Source: Pseudomarimonas arenosa (lineage in GTDB: Bacteria > Pseudomonadota > Gammaproteobacteria > Xanthomonadales > Xanthomonadaceae). Taken from it: a stretch of 64,000 nt of DNA. Positions 38,754-48,818 of this stretch are shown one piece after another (position 1 is the first letter of the stretch; every line of letters begins with the position of its first letter). A program made the position numbers and the translations under genes. Under the pieces are notes generated by a model. The model had not been told where the DNA came from, made no database searches, and was given only the letters and a program-made list of their open reading frames with translations. The DNA is taken from the NCBI RefSeq assembly GCF_014841215.1, contig NZ_JACYTR010000019.1, positions 14,177 through 78,176 of the forward strand, in the 5' to 3' direction.

Positions 38754-39779
38754 CTAATGCGGCCGCAGGCGGAAGCGCTCGCGGTAGTCGGCCGGGGTCA
38801 GGGTAGTGGCGCGCTTGAACAGCTTGCGAAAGCTGGATGAGTCGGAATAGCCGCAGCGTTCGACAATCTCATCGAAGCTGAGGTGGGTGGTTTCCAGCAG
38901 GGCCTTGGCGCGTTCAACCCGCAGGTGCTGGATATGTTCCAGCGGGGTGCTGCCGAGCTGGGCCTTGAAGTGGCGCAGCAGGGAGCGCTCGCTCACCCCG
39001 ACCTGTTCGGCCAGATGTGCCACGCTGAGGCTTTCGTGCAGATTCTTGTTAAGTATCTGCTCGATCCGCTCACCCAGCGAATGGCGCGGTTTTTCCTTCA
39101 GCGCCTGACTGATATAGGGCGCCTGACTTTGTCGATCGGGATCGATCAACAGAATACGCGCGGTCTGCTGGGCCAGGTCTTCGCCGCCGACCCGGGCAAT
39201 GAGCTTGAGCACATAACTCATCACCGAGGAGGTGGCGCCGCAGGTGGTAATCGGGCCATCCTCGACGATCATCTTTTCGATATCGAGCTGGGCGCGCGGA
39301 TAGCGCTCTCGGAACACCGCATCCAGCCACCAGGCGGTGGTCGCACGACGGCCATCGAGCAGGCCGGCCTCGGCGAGCAGGAAGGCGCCACTGCAGGAAC
39401 TGGCCAGCTTTACCCCGCGGCGGAACATGGCGTTCAGCAGGTCGATCTCGGGCTGCAGCTGCTGCATACGGGAAATCAACTCACTGCCGCTGCCATGCAT
39501 GCTGCCGGGCACCAGCAGCACATCCGGATCACTCGGCTCGCAGACCACGCCTTCGATGCGCAGACCGCCCGAGCAGCGCAGCGCGTCCATGCCGCGGGCG
39601 GTGACGATCGAGGTGCGAAAGCGCAGCGGGGTGGCGGGGTCGCGCAGCTCAGCCAGCTTCTGCGCCACCCGCAGCATGTCGGTCGGCCCGGCCAGGCTCG
39701 ACAGCATGGCGCCGTCCAGGGCCAACAGGCCAAGGGTGAATTGACGTTCGCTGCGAGTCGGCGCGGGCATCTGGCTCAT
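38754..39779 (-). CDS. AraC-family transcriptional regulator with an N-terminal DJ-1/PfpI (GlxA-like) domain
   Basis: N-terminal class-I glutamine-amidotransferase-like domain. C-terminal HTH_AraC (SVAHLAEQVGVSERSLLRHF ... FRKLFKRATTLTPADYR). Confidence 0.8.
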   Translation of the reverse strand: MSQMPAPTRSERQFTLGLLALDGAMLSSLAGPTDMLRVAQKLAELRDPATPLRFRTSIVTARGMDALRCSGGLRIEGVVCEPSDPDVLLVPGSMHGSGSELISRMQQLQPEIDLLNAMFRRGVKLASSCSGAFLLAEAGLLDGRRATTAWWLDAVFRERYPRAQLDIEKMIVEDGPITTCGATSSVMSYVLKLIARVGGEDLAQQTARILLIDPDRQSQAPYISQALKEKPRHSLGERIEQILNKNLHESLSVAHLAEQVGVSERSLLRHFKAQLGSTPLEHIQHLRVERAKALLETTHLSFDEIVERCGYSDSSSFRKLFKRATTLTPADYRERFRLRPH

Positions 39780-39828
39780 GGTGCTCAATGGTGCTCCTGT
39801 TTCGGTGCGGCAGGTAGACGGGCTGGTC

Positions 39829-40305
39829 TCAATTCTGTGCGGCACGCGGGCCGTCGAAAGCTTCGTGAATCAGCAGACTGCCGTGCTCATTGGCCAGGCT
39901 CTGATACACGACTGCAGGAACGCCGTAGGCCTGCACTCGGCCATCGCGCAATTCCGGATCATCGCAGCTGCGCAAGGCAACCCGACCACTGTGACCGGTC
40001 GGAAGCAGGGTGGCCGAGGGGGCAATCAGCTCCAGCTCGCCTTGGCTATCGCGGCCGATCAGCCACAGTCCAGCCGGCGGCTCGATGCCACGCGGGCAGA
40101 ACGCATCGCCGGCAATCACCCGCGACTCGCCGAACTGCGGCTGCAGTTCCCAATGCTGATCGAGTGCGTCCAGCGAGGCGGTGTAGTCGATGCCGGGCAC
40201 GTATTGCGGCAGCAGGGATTCGGGGGCTTGAGCTGACACGGTGCTGCTGCTCAGGCTCAGGGCCAGGGTTGCGGCGGTTATCAAGGAAGCAATCACGGTA
40301 CGCAT
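39829..40305 (-). CDS. Predicted secreted hypothetical protein (158 aa)
   Basis: Signal peptide MRTVIASLITAATLALSLSSSTVSAQA. No recognisable domain. Confidence 0.5.
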   Translation of the reverse strand: MRTVIASLITAATLALSLSSSTVSAQAPESLLPQYVPGIDYTASLDALDQHWELQPQFGESRVIAGDAFCPRGIEPPAGLWLIGRDSQGELELIAPSATLLPTGHSGRVALRSCDDPELRDGRVQAYGVPAVVYQSLANEHGSLLIHEAFDGPRAAQN

Positions 40306-40639
40306 CTTAGGTTCTCCGGGTCGCCAACAGTTGGCGGAAGTAGATTGCTACAGGCGATTATCGCCATGCAGTGGCGAATCGGACTCTGAAGGGGCGAATT
40401 CCGCCATGTTTGGCTGGCGTTTAGAAAGCCCGTCCCCCCAGTCGCCCAATGACGCGACGCGACGGGCCGCCTATCCTTGTGCAGCCAGTGTGAAGTTGTT
40501 TGCCGCCGTCGGCAGTCAGGGGAGCGGGGAGCCTGCCCAACCACGGCTGAATTCTGACTAGGCCAGAAGTCACAGGTGCCGGTGTCTGGCGTCCTGTCAT
40601 TAACTCAGGGTTTGCGCGCCGAGGCGCGAGGGGGAAGCG

Positions 40640-41275
40640 ATGGACCTGTTCTTGCAAATCGTTACGTCGTTTCCCACGGTGATCTTCACGGTGATTCTGG
40701 GTGTTGGGCTTTGCCTGATGCTGTTGACCATGCTGGGCATGGTCGATATCGAGGGACTGAACTTCGACATCGGCTCAGACGGCGATGGTGCCGGCGGCGT
40801 GTCGGCCTTGCTGATGAAGCTGGGCCTGGATGGCATGCCGCTGATGTTGATCGTGCTCGGCGTTGGTTTGATCGGTTTCGTTCTGAGCTTCCTGGCCGAT
40901 TATTGGTTCCTGCGAGAGGTCGAAGCCGACAACTTCAGGCTGCTGTGGATGGTTCTGGCTGTAGTGATTGCATTCTTCCTGTCATTGCCGCTGACCGGTC
41001 TGCTGCTGTTTCCGCTGAAGTCAGTATTCCGCGAGCAGCCGGTGATCGACAGCGTGTCCTTGCTCGGCAAGTTGGCCATCGTGCGTAGCCCCTTGGTCGA
41101 TGCCAAACAAGGAATGGCCAACCTGGATGACGGCGGTGCGGGCCTGATTCTTCAGGTGCGCAGTCGTGATCAGACCTTCGAGCGCGGTCAGCGCGTGGTG
41201 CTGGTTGAGTACATCGAGGCGAGCAACGCCTATTGGGTGATCGGCGAGCAATCGCTGGACCCCACGGACCACTGA
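40640..41275 (+). CDS. YqiJ/NfeD-like inner membrane protein (OB-fold C-terminus)
   Basis: N-terminal multi-TM region and C-terminal soluble beta-rich domain. Same size as E. coli YqiJ (about 210 aa). Directly upstream of a flotillin gene, as in yqiJK. Confidence 0.55.
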   Translation: MDLFLQIVTSFPTVIFTVILGVGLCLMLLTMLGMVDIEGLNFDIGSDGDGAGGVSALLMKLGLDGMPLMLIVLGVGLIGFVLSFLADYWFLREVEADNFRLLWMVLAVVIAFFLSLPLTGLLLFPLKSVFREQPVIDSVSLLGKLAIVRSPLVDAKQGMANLDDGGAGLILQVRSRDQTFERGQRVVLVEYIEASNAYWVIGEQSLDPTDH

Positions 41276-41334
41276 TCGAATTTCTTGTCGTTCAACGTTC
41301 TTAGTAGTTTCAGGCCGGCAAATCTGGCCCTTTA

Positions 41335-43389
41335 TTGGAGTCAAGCATGGACATGACCACTTTGATGCTCATCATTACCGTCGGCGGCGTGATCGTTGCC
41401 GGCGTGTTGAGTCTCTTTGCCATCCTGAAGATGTTCTACATCAAGGTGCCGCAGGGTACCGCGCTGATCGTCAACGATCTGACCGCCACGCCGAAGGTGC
41501 ATTTCACCGGTGCCCTGGTCTGGCCGGTGATCCACAAAAAGGAGTTCATGAAGATCTCCTTGATCACCCTGGAGGTCGATCGGCGCGGCAAGGATGGCCT
41601 GATCTGCCGCGACAACATGCGCGCCGATATCACCGTTGCCTTCTATCTGCGGGTGAATGAGACCCAGCAGGACGTGCTGAAGGTGGCCAAAGCCATCGGC
41701 GTCGATCGCGCCTCGGAAAAGAACGCGGTCAATGAACTGTTCAACGCCAAGTTCAGTGAGGCGCTGAAGACGGTCGGCAAGAAGATCGACTTCGTTGCCT
41801 TGTTCGAGAACCGGCAGGAATTCCGTGACCGCATCATCGAGGTGATCGGCAACGATTTGAACGGTTACATCCTGGAAGACGTGGCGATCGATTATCTGGA
41901 GCAGACGCCGAAGTCCTCGCTGGATCCGAACAATATTCTCGATGCCGAAGGCATTCGCAAGATCACCGAGCTCACCGCCACCCAGAACGTGGTGACCAAT
42001 GAGTTGGAGCGCAACAAGGAACTGGCGATCCAGAAGAAGAACGTCGAGACCAAGGAATCGATGCTGGCATTGGCGCGTCAGCAGGCCGATGCCGAAGCCA
42101 AGCAGCAGCGTGAGATCGCCACCATCCAGGCGCGCGAATCGGCCGAGACCCTGCGCGTGCAGGAAGAAGAGCGGCTGAAGGCCGAACAGGCGCGCATCGC
42201 CACCCAGGAACAGCTCGATATCCGTGAGCAGAATCGGATGCGTGAAGTTGAAGTGGCTGAGCAGAACCGCCAGCGCGCCGTGGTGATCGAGATCGAAAAG
42301 GTCGCCCGCGCCAAGGCACTGGAAGAAGTCGCCCGCGAACGCGAAGTCGAACTGCAGCGGATCGAGAAAGAGCGCGCCCTGGAAGAGCAGCGCAAGGAAA
42401 TTGCCAATGTCATCCGCGAGCGGGTGGTGGTCGAAAAATCGGTGGCAGTGGAAGAAGAGCGGATCAAGGAAGTGCGCGAAATCTCCGAAGCCGAGCGCCT
42501 GAAGCAGGTCACCATTCTTGATGCCCAGGCCAAGGCAGAGGAAGAGCTGGTTAAGCAGGTCAAGCAGGCCGAAGCCGACGAAGCCAAGGCCAAGCACAAG
42601 TCGGTCGAGATCACCATCCTGGCTCAGGCCGAACTGGAAGCCGCCGGCAAACAGGCCGAAGCCAAGCGCAAGCTGGCCGAAGGTATCGAGGCCGAGCGTG
42701 CCGCGCCGGGCCTGGCCGATGCGCGGGTGCGCGAAGTGACCGCGGCGGCGATGGAAAAGGAAGGTCTGGCCAAGGCCAAGGTGATCGCCGAGCAAATGGC
42801 GGCCGAGGCGCGCGGCGAGCAGGACAAAGGTGTGGCCCAGGCCAATGTGATCGAGGCGCAGGCCGAAGCGCGGCGCAAGGAAGGTCTGGCCGAGGCCAAG
42901 GTGCTGGAAGAAAAGCTGAGCGCGCAGGCGCGGGGCGAGGAACAGGTCGCGCTGACCAAGGCCAAGGCCACCCAGGAGGTCGGCAATGCCGAGGCGGCGG
43001 TGCTGCTGGCCAAGTTCGAAGCCGAGGCCAAGGGTCTGGCGGAGAAGTTCGGCTCGCTGGAAGCGCTCAGCGACAAGGCGCGCGCCCACGAAGAGTTCCG
43101 CATGCAGCTGGAAAAGACCTTCGAGCAGACCGTGCGCGGCATCGAGGCGAACGAAAAGATCGCCCGCGAACAGGCCGATGTGCTGGCCGCCGCGCTCAGC
43201 AAGGCCAAGGTCGACATCGTGTCCGGCGGCGGCGACTACTTCAACAGCCTGGCCCGCGGCATGGGCATGGGCAAGATGGTCGAGGGCGTGACCGGCTCCA
43301 GTCCGATCGTCGGTGACCTGCTGCAGCGCTTTCTGGGCAACACCCCGAAGAAGCCGGAAGCGCCGTCGGCTAACGATACCGAGCAGTAA
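41335..43389 (+). CDS. Flotillin/SPFH (band-7) family protein, YqiK-like
   Basis: N-terminal TM. SPFH domain. Long Ala/Glu/Lys/Arg coiled-coil region (EA-repeat-like) typical of flotillins. Confidence 0.85.
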   Translation: MESSMDMTTLMLIITVGGVIVAGVLSLFAILKMFYIKVPQGTALIVNDLTATPKVHFTGALVWPVIHKKEFMKISLITLEVDRRGKDGLICRDNMRADITVAFYLRVNETQQDVLKVAKAIGVDRASEKNAVNELFNAKFSEALKTVGKKIDFVALFENRQEFRDRIIEVIGNDLNGYILEDVAIDYLEQTPKSSLDPNNILDAEGIRKITELTATQNVVTNELERNKELAIQKKNVETKESMLALARQQADAEAKQQREIATIQARESAETLRVQEEERLKAEQARIATQEQLDIREQNRMREVEVAEQNRQRAVVIEIEKVARAKALEEVAREREVELQRIEKERALEEQRKEIANVIRERVVVEKSVAVEEERIKEVREISEAERLKQVTILDAQAKAEEELVKQVKQAEADEAKAKHKSVEITILAQAELEAAGKQAEAKRKLAEGIEAERAAPGLADARVREVTAAAMEKEGLAKAKVIAEQMAAEARGEQDKGVAQANVIEAQAEARRKEGLAEAKVLEEKLSAQARGEEQVALTKAKATQEVGNAEAAVLLAKFEAEAKGLAEKFGSLEALSDKARAHEEFRMQLEKTFEQTVRGIEANEKIAREQADVLAAALSKAKVDIVSGGGDYFNSLARGMGMGKMVEGVTGSSPIVGDLLQRFLGNTPKKPEAPSANDTEQ

Positions 43390-43397
43390 TGCTTAAA

Positions 43398-43425
43398 GCC
43401 CCTCTCCCCCGCCAGGGGGAGGGGC
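43398..43425. repeat. REP-like GC palindrome GCCCCTCTCCCCCGCCAGGGGGAGGGGC
   Basis: Imperfect 11 to 12-bp-stem hairpin in the flotillin/giant-gene intergenic region. The same core motif recurs within each unit of the 55988-56550 tandem array. Confidence 0.45.
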
Positions 43426-43465
43426 TAGAGCTTGAGCAAGTCCGGACCACGGAGTGCTACCCCGC

Positions 43466-46400
43466 ATGGCCAACAATGAGAAATCTGCAGCCACTGAACA
43501 GGTCGATACCGCGATCACCGATCAGGCGGTGGCCGAGGGTGGCGCCTATGAGGTTTTGCGCAAGCGACTGAGTGATCAAGGCAGTCAGCTGAAAGTAGCG
43601 GCCGAGGCGCTGAATGCTGAGCGGCTGGCAGCCTTCGGCAGCAGTGAGCTGAAGGTGATCGGCCGGCTGCGGGTGCGCACCGAACACAATTGCGTGCCGC
43701 GCGATCTGGTCCAGGTCGGGGAGTGTCTGCTGTTCGGCTACAACGTGTTCCTCGGGCTGAAAAAGGAAACCCAGGTCGACGACGTATTTGCCCTGTACAA
43801 ACTGGTTGAGGGGACAGAGGGTTTCGATGTCGAGCCGCAGGCGCTGAAGGGCAGTTTCCTCGATCAGGCCAGCTTCGTCGCCGATTTCAAGGAGCTGTAC
43901 GCCTACTACAAGAACACCCGGCTGCTGCAACTGGTACGCAAGGATGAGTGGCTGCTGGCCAGTTTCCAGATCGGCGATCGGATCAGTGATGTGCGGGTGT
44001 TCCGCTGGAGCGTCTCAGCCGATGGTCAAACTATTCGTTATGTGGACAACCGTGGCGAACGCGATATCGCCCTGCCACCGAACTACGACTTCGAGTGGAC
44101 CCGCTGCGGCCGTGAGCATGCGGTCGAGGGGCGTCATCCGCATCTGAATATTCTCGATACGGTATTCGTCGAAACCGTGGGTGGCGACCTCACGGTCAAG
44201 ATCGAGAACAACACCAATGATGGCCTGGGTATCTATCGCGAGCCGGTCGATGACCAGACCCAGAGTCTGGACGATGCCAAGGTTGATTTCGCCAAGGTCG
44301 GCAGCCTGATCTTGCTGCGCATCCTGCCCTACCGCGAAACCCAGTCGCGCTATCTGGCCTACAACACCCTGACCCGCGAAGTTCGGCGGATCGATGCCAT
44401 CGGTCAGGCCTGCGTGCAATTGCCGGAGGACCACGGCATCGTCTTTCCCGGCGGCTATCTGCTGCAGAACGGCGAATACCGCCAGTTCGAGCAGTCAATG
44501 GCTGGCATGCGCTTCAAGCGGATGATCCGCTCGCCCAATGGCGAGGACGTGCTGTACATCTTCTACGAGCCCGAGGACGGTCGCTTTGCCCTGTTCACCT
44601 ACAACCTGATCGAGCGCAAGCTGCAGCCACCGCTGTTCGGTCACGGTTATGCCCGCTATGACGATGGGCGGATCGTGTTGTTCAGCATGCAGGGCAGTGA
44701 GGCAACCCGCGTGCATCCGATGCAGATCTGGCAGACCGCCTTCTGCAGTGATGAGTTCGCCGCCCAGCAGCCGGCCAAGCAGGGCTTTGCCGGCCGCATC
44801 GGCAATGCCGAATTGGTGCGTGGTGTTTCCAATCTGCTCAATCTCTGCCGTGAGATTGAGGCGGAGAAGGTCTCCCAGGCGCGCTATGAGCGGCTGATCG
44901 CCGACGCCCGCAAGCTGTTCGATCTGCATCACTGGCTGGCCGAGTCGCACTGTGAACAGGCCGCTGCTGTGGTGCGCAGCATCGCCCAGTGCAGCGAGCT
45001 GGTGATCGACGAGTTCGTCAAGGTGGAGGCAATTCGCGCATCCGCCGAGCGCGCCTTGGCCGAGGCGCGTACCCTGCAATCGCAGCTCAAGCGCGAATGC
45101 CTGCCGGAACGCTGCGAGGCGATCGCCGATTTTGTCACCGCCCTTAACAGGCTGTCACGACAGCGCGGTCATCTGCTCAGTATTCGTGAGTTGCGCTATA
45201 TGGATGTGGCGGCCATCGATGCCATGGGCGGCGATCTACAGGCCTGGCATGACGAGCTGTCCAGGTCCACTGCCGCGTTTCTCGACCGGCCCGAAGCCCT
45301 GGCTGACCTCGCGGCGCAACTCGATGCTCAGGAGAAGCAGCTCGGCATGGCGGAGAACGCCGCCAAGTTGCGTGAGCTGGTCGAAGCGCTGAAGCAAAGC
45401 GCGGCCGATCTCGATCTGCTCAGCCAGCTGCTGGCCGGGTTGCCGGTGGATGACGCCGAACAGCGTACCCGCATCGTCGAGGCGATCTCGGCCCTGTATG
45501 CGCGGCTGAACCAGATCCGTGCCCGCGCCGAGGCCAAGCGCAAGCAGCTTGGCAGCGCCGAGGCGGTGGCCCAGTTCGGTGCCCAGTTCCATCTGTTCTC
45601 GCAATCGGTGTCGGCAGCTCTGGCCGATGCCCGCGACCCCGAGGCCTGCGACGATGCGTTGGCCAGGGTGTTGGTGCAGCTGGAAGGGCTTGAGGGCCAG
45701 TTCGGCGAACACGAGCAGTTCCTGCAGGACATCCTGGCCAAGCGCGAGGAAGTGCTGGAGGCGTTCGAGTCGCACAAGCAGACCTTGCTCGATGAACGTC
45801 AGCGCCGCGCCCAGGGCCTGCACGATGCCGCGGTGCGCATCATCGATGGTCTGCCGCGGCGAACCGAGAAGTTCAGTGGCGCTGATGAGCTGAACAGTTT
45901 CTTTGCCGGTGACGCCCTGATCCTCAAGCTGCGCGACCTGGTCGAGCGCCTGCGTGGCTTCAAAGACAGCGTCAAGGCCGACGATATCGAAGCGCGGCTG
46001 AAAGCCTGTCGCGACCAGGCCGCGCGTCGGCTGCGTGATGCCAGCGAGCTGTTCGAGGACGGTGGCAATCTGATCCGGCTGGGTCGGCACCGCTTCAGTG
46101 TCAACCGGCAGGAACTCGATCTCACCCTGATTCCACGCGGCGAGCGACTCTGCCTGCATCTCACCGGCACCGATTTCTTCCAGCCGATTCAGGCTGACCA
46201 GCTCGATTCGATGCGGCCCTTCTGGGAGGCCTCGCTGCCCTCGGAGTCGGCCGAGCTGTCGCGTGCCGAATACTTAGCTGGTGCTTTCCTCGAGGCGGCC
46301 GAGCGTGGCGAGGAGGGGCTCGATGCCGGTCTGCTCATTCCGGGCAAGGATCAGGCCTCGGCGCTGGAGCAAGCCTTGCGCAAGTTCGCTGCCGCGCGTT

Positions 46401-48652
46401 ATCGCGAAGGCTATGAGAAAGGCTTGCACGATCATGATGCAGCACGGATTCTGGCCGCCTGGGCGCCACTGCGACAAACCGCCGGCCTACTGCGTTTTGC
46501 GCCTGGCGCGCGCGCCCTGGCCATGCATGCCTGGAAGGCGCTGCGCGAGGGCATCGGCAAGCGCTGGCCGGAACGGGCGCGGGCGGCGGCCCGGCTGCGG
46601 GCACAGTTCGACGATCGAGCGGCCTGCGAACAATGGGTTAAGGAGATCGCCACCGACTTGCTGGCGCCTGCTGAAGCGCTGGATTTTGCCAAGGACCAAG
46701 CCCGGCAGGCAGCGGCCTACCTGTTCGAGGTGCTGGCCGAGCCGCATCCGCAGTTCGCCTTCAGTCGCCCCGCGCACGACCTGCGCGATGCCCTGCAAAG
46801 GGCTCTGGCCAATGATGATGGCTGGCGAAATCTGTTGCAGAGCGCCGCCGAACTGCAGGATTTGCCCAGGCTGCAACGCGAATTGATCCTCCATGCATTG
46901 AACGCCTTGTTGCGTCGTCAGCCCAAGGCCGGCGAGCCGCGCTATGTCGACGAGGCCGCAGCCCTGATTCTGCTCGCCGATCACTTGCCGAATCGTTTCA
47001 GCGAGGCCGACCTCAGTGTCGAGGTGCAGGGCTTGCTATCTGCGCATCAGCGCATTCAGGAAGGACGACTGCCAATTGCGGTGGATGACCTGGACGCACG
47101 ACTGGCCCACCACCGCCAGCACTATCTGCCGCAGCTGCAGCGTTTCCAGTCGATACGGCATGCCGAACTGGAAACGGCACGCGAACGCATGCGGCTGGGC
47201 GAATTCAAACCGCGGCCGCTGACCTCGTTCGTGCGCAATCGGCTTATTGATCAGGTCTACCTGCCGCTGATTGGCGACAACCTGGCCAAGCAGATGGGCA
47301 GTGTCGGCGAGGGCAAGCGCTCCGATCTGATGGGCCTGTTGATGCTGATCTCGCCGCCTGGCTACGGCAAGACCACCTTGATGGAGTACACCGCGCACCA
47401 GCTCGGTCTGATCTTCATGAAGATCAATGGGCCGTCGCTGGGTCATGAAGTGCGCTCGCTGGATCCGGCGCAGGCGCCCGATGCCAATGCCCGGCAGGAG
47501 CTGGAAAAGCTCAATCTGGCGCTGGAAATGGGCAATAACGTGATGCTGTATGTCGACGACATCCAGCACACCCATCCGGAGTTCCTGCAGAAGTTCATCT
47601 CGCTCTGCGATGCCACCCGCCGCATCGAAGGCGTGTACGGCGGCCGCACCAAGACCTATGACATGCGCGGCAAGAAGTTCTGCGTGGTGATGGCCGGCAA
47701 CCCGTATACCGAATCCGGCGACTTGTTCCGCATTCCCGACATGCTGGCCAACCGCGCCGACGTGTACAACCTGGGTGACGTGCTGGGCGGCATGCAGGAG
47801 GCCTTCCTGCTCAGCTATATCGAGAACAGTCTGACCTCGAGCCCGGTGCTGGCGCCGCTGGCCACCCGTGGCATCGAGGATCTGTACAAGCTGGTCGACA
47901 AGATTGCCGGCAAGGGTTTTTCTGCCAGCGCCTTGGCGCATAGCTATAGCGCCGCCGAACTCAGCGATATGGAGGCCGTGCTGAGTCGCCTGATGAAACT
48001 GCGTGATGTGGTGTTCAAGGTCAATCAGCAATACATCGCCAGTGCCGCCCAGGCCGAGGCCTACCGCACCGAGCCGGCATTCAAGCTGCAGGGCAGCTAC
48101 CGCAATATGAACAAGCTGGCGGAAAAGGTGTCGGCGGTGATGAATGAGGCCGAGCTCGATCAGTTGGTGCGTGATCACTATCTCGGTGAATCGCAGCTGC
48201 TCACCCATGGCGCCGAGGAGAATCTGCTCAAGCTCGGTGAGCTGCTCGGCACGCAAAAGGCTGAAGACAAGACGCGCTGGGAGCAGATCAAGGCCGACTT
48301 CCGCCGGCTGAAGGCGATCGGCGGCGCCGATTCTGACACCGGCACACGGGTGGTGGCCCAGCTGCACGATCTGGTTCAGGGGGTGAACTCGCTCAAGGCC
48401 AGCGAGCCGGTCGAAGCAGCGGCGAGTCCGCCCTGGTCGCACCTTTCCGATCTGCTGGAACGGATTGTCAACGAACAAACCTTGGCGCGTAACTTCAATC
48501 GCGATGCCGCCACCGACAGCGCCATGTTCTTGAGCGGTCTGCGCAATGCCCTGGAACTTGGCTTCAAGCCCCTGGTCGAGGCGGCCAAGACTCGCAGCGA
48601 ACAGCAGGATGTGTTGATCGAGTTGCTGAAGCGACTGACTAAGAAGCCGTGA
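43466..48652 (+). CDS. Giant (about 1728 aa) multidomain protein with a C-proximal MoxR/AAA_5-like P-loop ATPase module; function unknown
   Basis: Walker A LISPPGYGKTTL and Walker B VMLYVDDIQH. MoxR-like sensor stretch VVMAGNPYTESGDLFRIPDMLANRADVY, around residue 1290-1450. Preceded by about 1250 aa of mixed beta (N-terminal about 420 aa) and long alpha-helical/coiled-coil sequence. Confidence 0.7.
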   Translation: MANNEKSAATEQVDTAITDQAVAEGGAYEVLRKRLSDQGSQLKVAAEALNAERLAAFGSSELKVIGRLRVRTEHNCVPRDLVQVGECLLFGYNVFLGLKKETQVDDVFALYKLVEGTEGFDVEPQALKGSFLDQASFVADFKELYAYYKNTRLLQLVRKDEWLLASFQIGDRISDVRVFRWSVSADGQTIRYVDNRGERDIALPPNYDFEWTRCGREHAVEGRHPHLNILDTVFVETVGGDLTVKIENNTNDGLGIYREPVDDQTQSLDDAKVDFAKVGSLILLRILPYRETQSRYLAYNTLTREVRRIDAIGQACVQLPEDHGIVFPGGYLLQNGEYRQFEQSMAGMRFKRMIRSPNGEDVLYIFYEPEDGRFALFTYNLIERKLQPPLFGHGYARYDDGRIVLFSMQGSEATRVHPMQIWQTAFCSDEFAAQQPAKQGFAGRIGNAELVRGVSNLLNLCREIEAEKVSQARYERLIADARKLFDLHHWLAESHCEQAAAVVRSIAQCSELVIDEFVKVEAIRASAERALAEARTLQSQLKRECLPERCEAIADFVTALNRLSRQRGHLLSIRELRYMDVAAIDAMGGDLQAWHDELSRSTAAFLDRPEALADLAAQLDAQEKQLGMAENAAKLRELVEALKQSAADLDLLSQLLAGLPVDDAEQRTRIVEAISALYARLNQIRARAEAKRKQLGSAEAVAQFGAQFHLFSQSVSAALADARDPEACDDALARVLVQLEGLEGQFGEHEQFLQDILAKREEVLEAFESHKQTLLDERQRRAQGLHDAAVRIIDGLPRRTEKFSGADELNSFFAGDALILKLRDLVERLRGFKDSVKADDIEARLKACRDQAARRLRDASELFEDGGNLIRLGRHRFSVNRQELDLTLIPRGERLCLHLTGTDFFQPIQADQLDSMRPFWEASLPSESAELSRAEYLAGAFLEAAERGEEGLDAGLLIPGKDQASALEQALRKFAAARYREGYEKGLHDHDAARILAAWAPLRQTAGLLRFAPGARALAMHAWKALREGIGKRWPERARAAARLRAQFDDRAACEQWVKEIATDLLAPAEALDFAKDQARQAAAYLFEVLAEPHPQFAFSRPAHDLRDALQRALANDDGWRNLLQSAAELQDLPRLQRELILHALNALLRRQPKAGEPRYVDEAAALILLADHLPNRFSEADLSVEVQGLLSAHQRIQEGRLPIAVDDLDARLAHHRQHYLPQLQRFQSIRHAELETARERMRLGEFKPRPLTSFVRNRLIDQVYLPLIGDNLAKQMGSVGEGKRSDLMGLLMLISPPGYGKTTLMEYTAHQLGLIFMKINGPSLGHEVRSLDPAQAPDANARQELEKLNLALEMGNNVMLYVDDIQHTHPEFLQKFISLCDATRRIEGVYGGRTKTYDMRGKKFCVVMAGNPYTESGDLFRIPDMLANRADVYNLGDVLGGMQEAFLLSYIENSLTSSPVLAPLATRGIEDLYKLVDKIAGKGFSASALAHSYSAAELSDMEAVLSRLMKLRDVVFKVNQQYIASAAQAEAYRTEPAFKLQGSYRNMNKLAEKVSAVMNEAELDQLVRDHYLGESQLLTHGAEENLLKLGELLGTQKAEDKTRWEQIKADFRRLKAIGGADSDTGTRVVAQLHDLVQGVNSLKASEPVEAAASPPWSHLSDLLERIVNEQTLARNFNRDAATDSAMFLSGLRNALELGFKPLVEAAKTRSEQQDVLIELLKRLTKKP

Positions 48653-48818
48653 TTGGTGATTCGGGATTCGGGATTCGGGCGGCGCGCCGCAAGGTGGCTC
48701 GAAGCCATCGATTTTGGCGCGGACAGCAGGCGCGTCCCGGCCTCGCCCCCAAGCTAGCCCGTCCATGGCACAATCGGAGTGTGGCTGGGATTGGCCGGGT
48801 ACCGACTGGGCGCACTCG

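Noticed and set aside
38883-40310. 475-aa plus-strand ORF
   Set aside because: Antisense to the AraC/GlxA regulator and secreted-protein genes. Arg/Ala/Gly-rich, low complexity, typical of antisense frames in 65% GC DNA.
41341-43089. 582-aa minus-strand ORF
   Set aside because: Antisense to the flotillin gene. Its repetitive Leu/Gly/Phe composition mirrors the sense-strand EA-repeat coiled coil.
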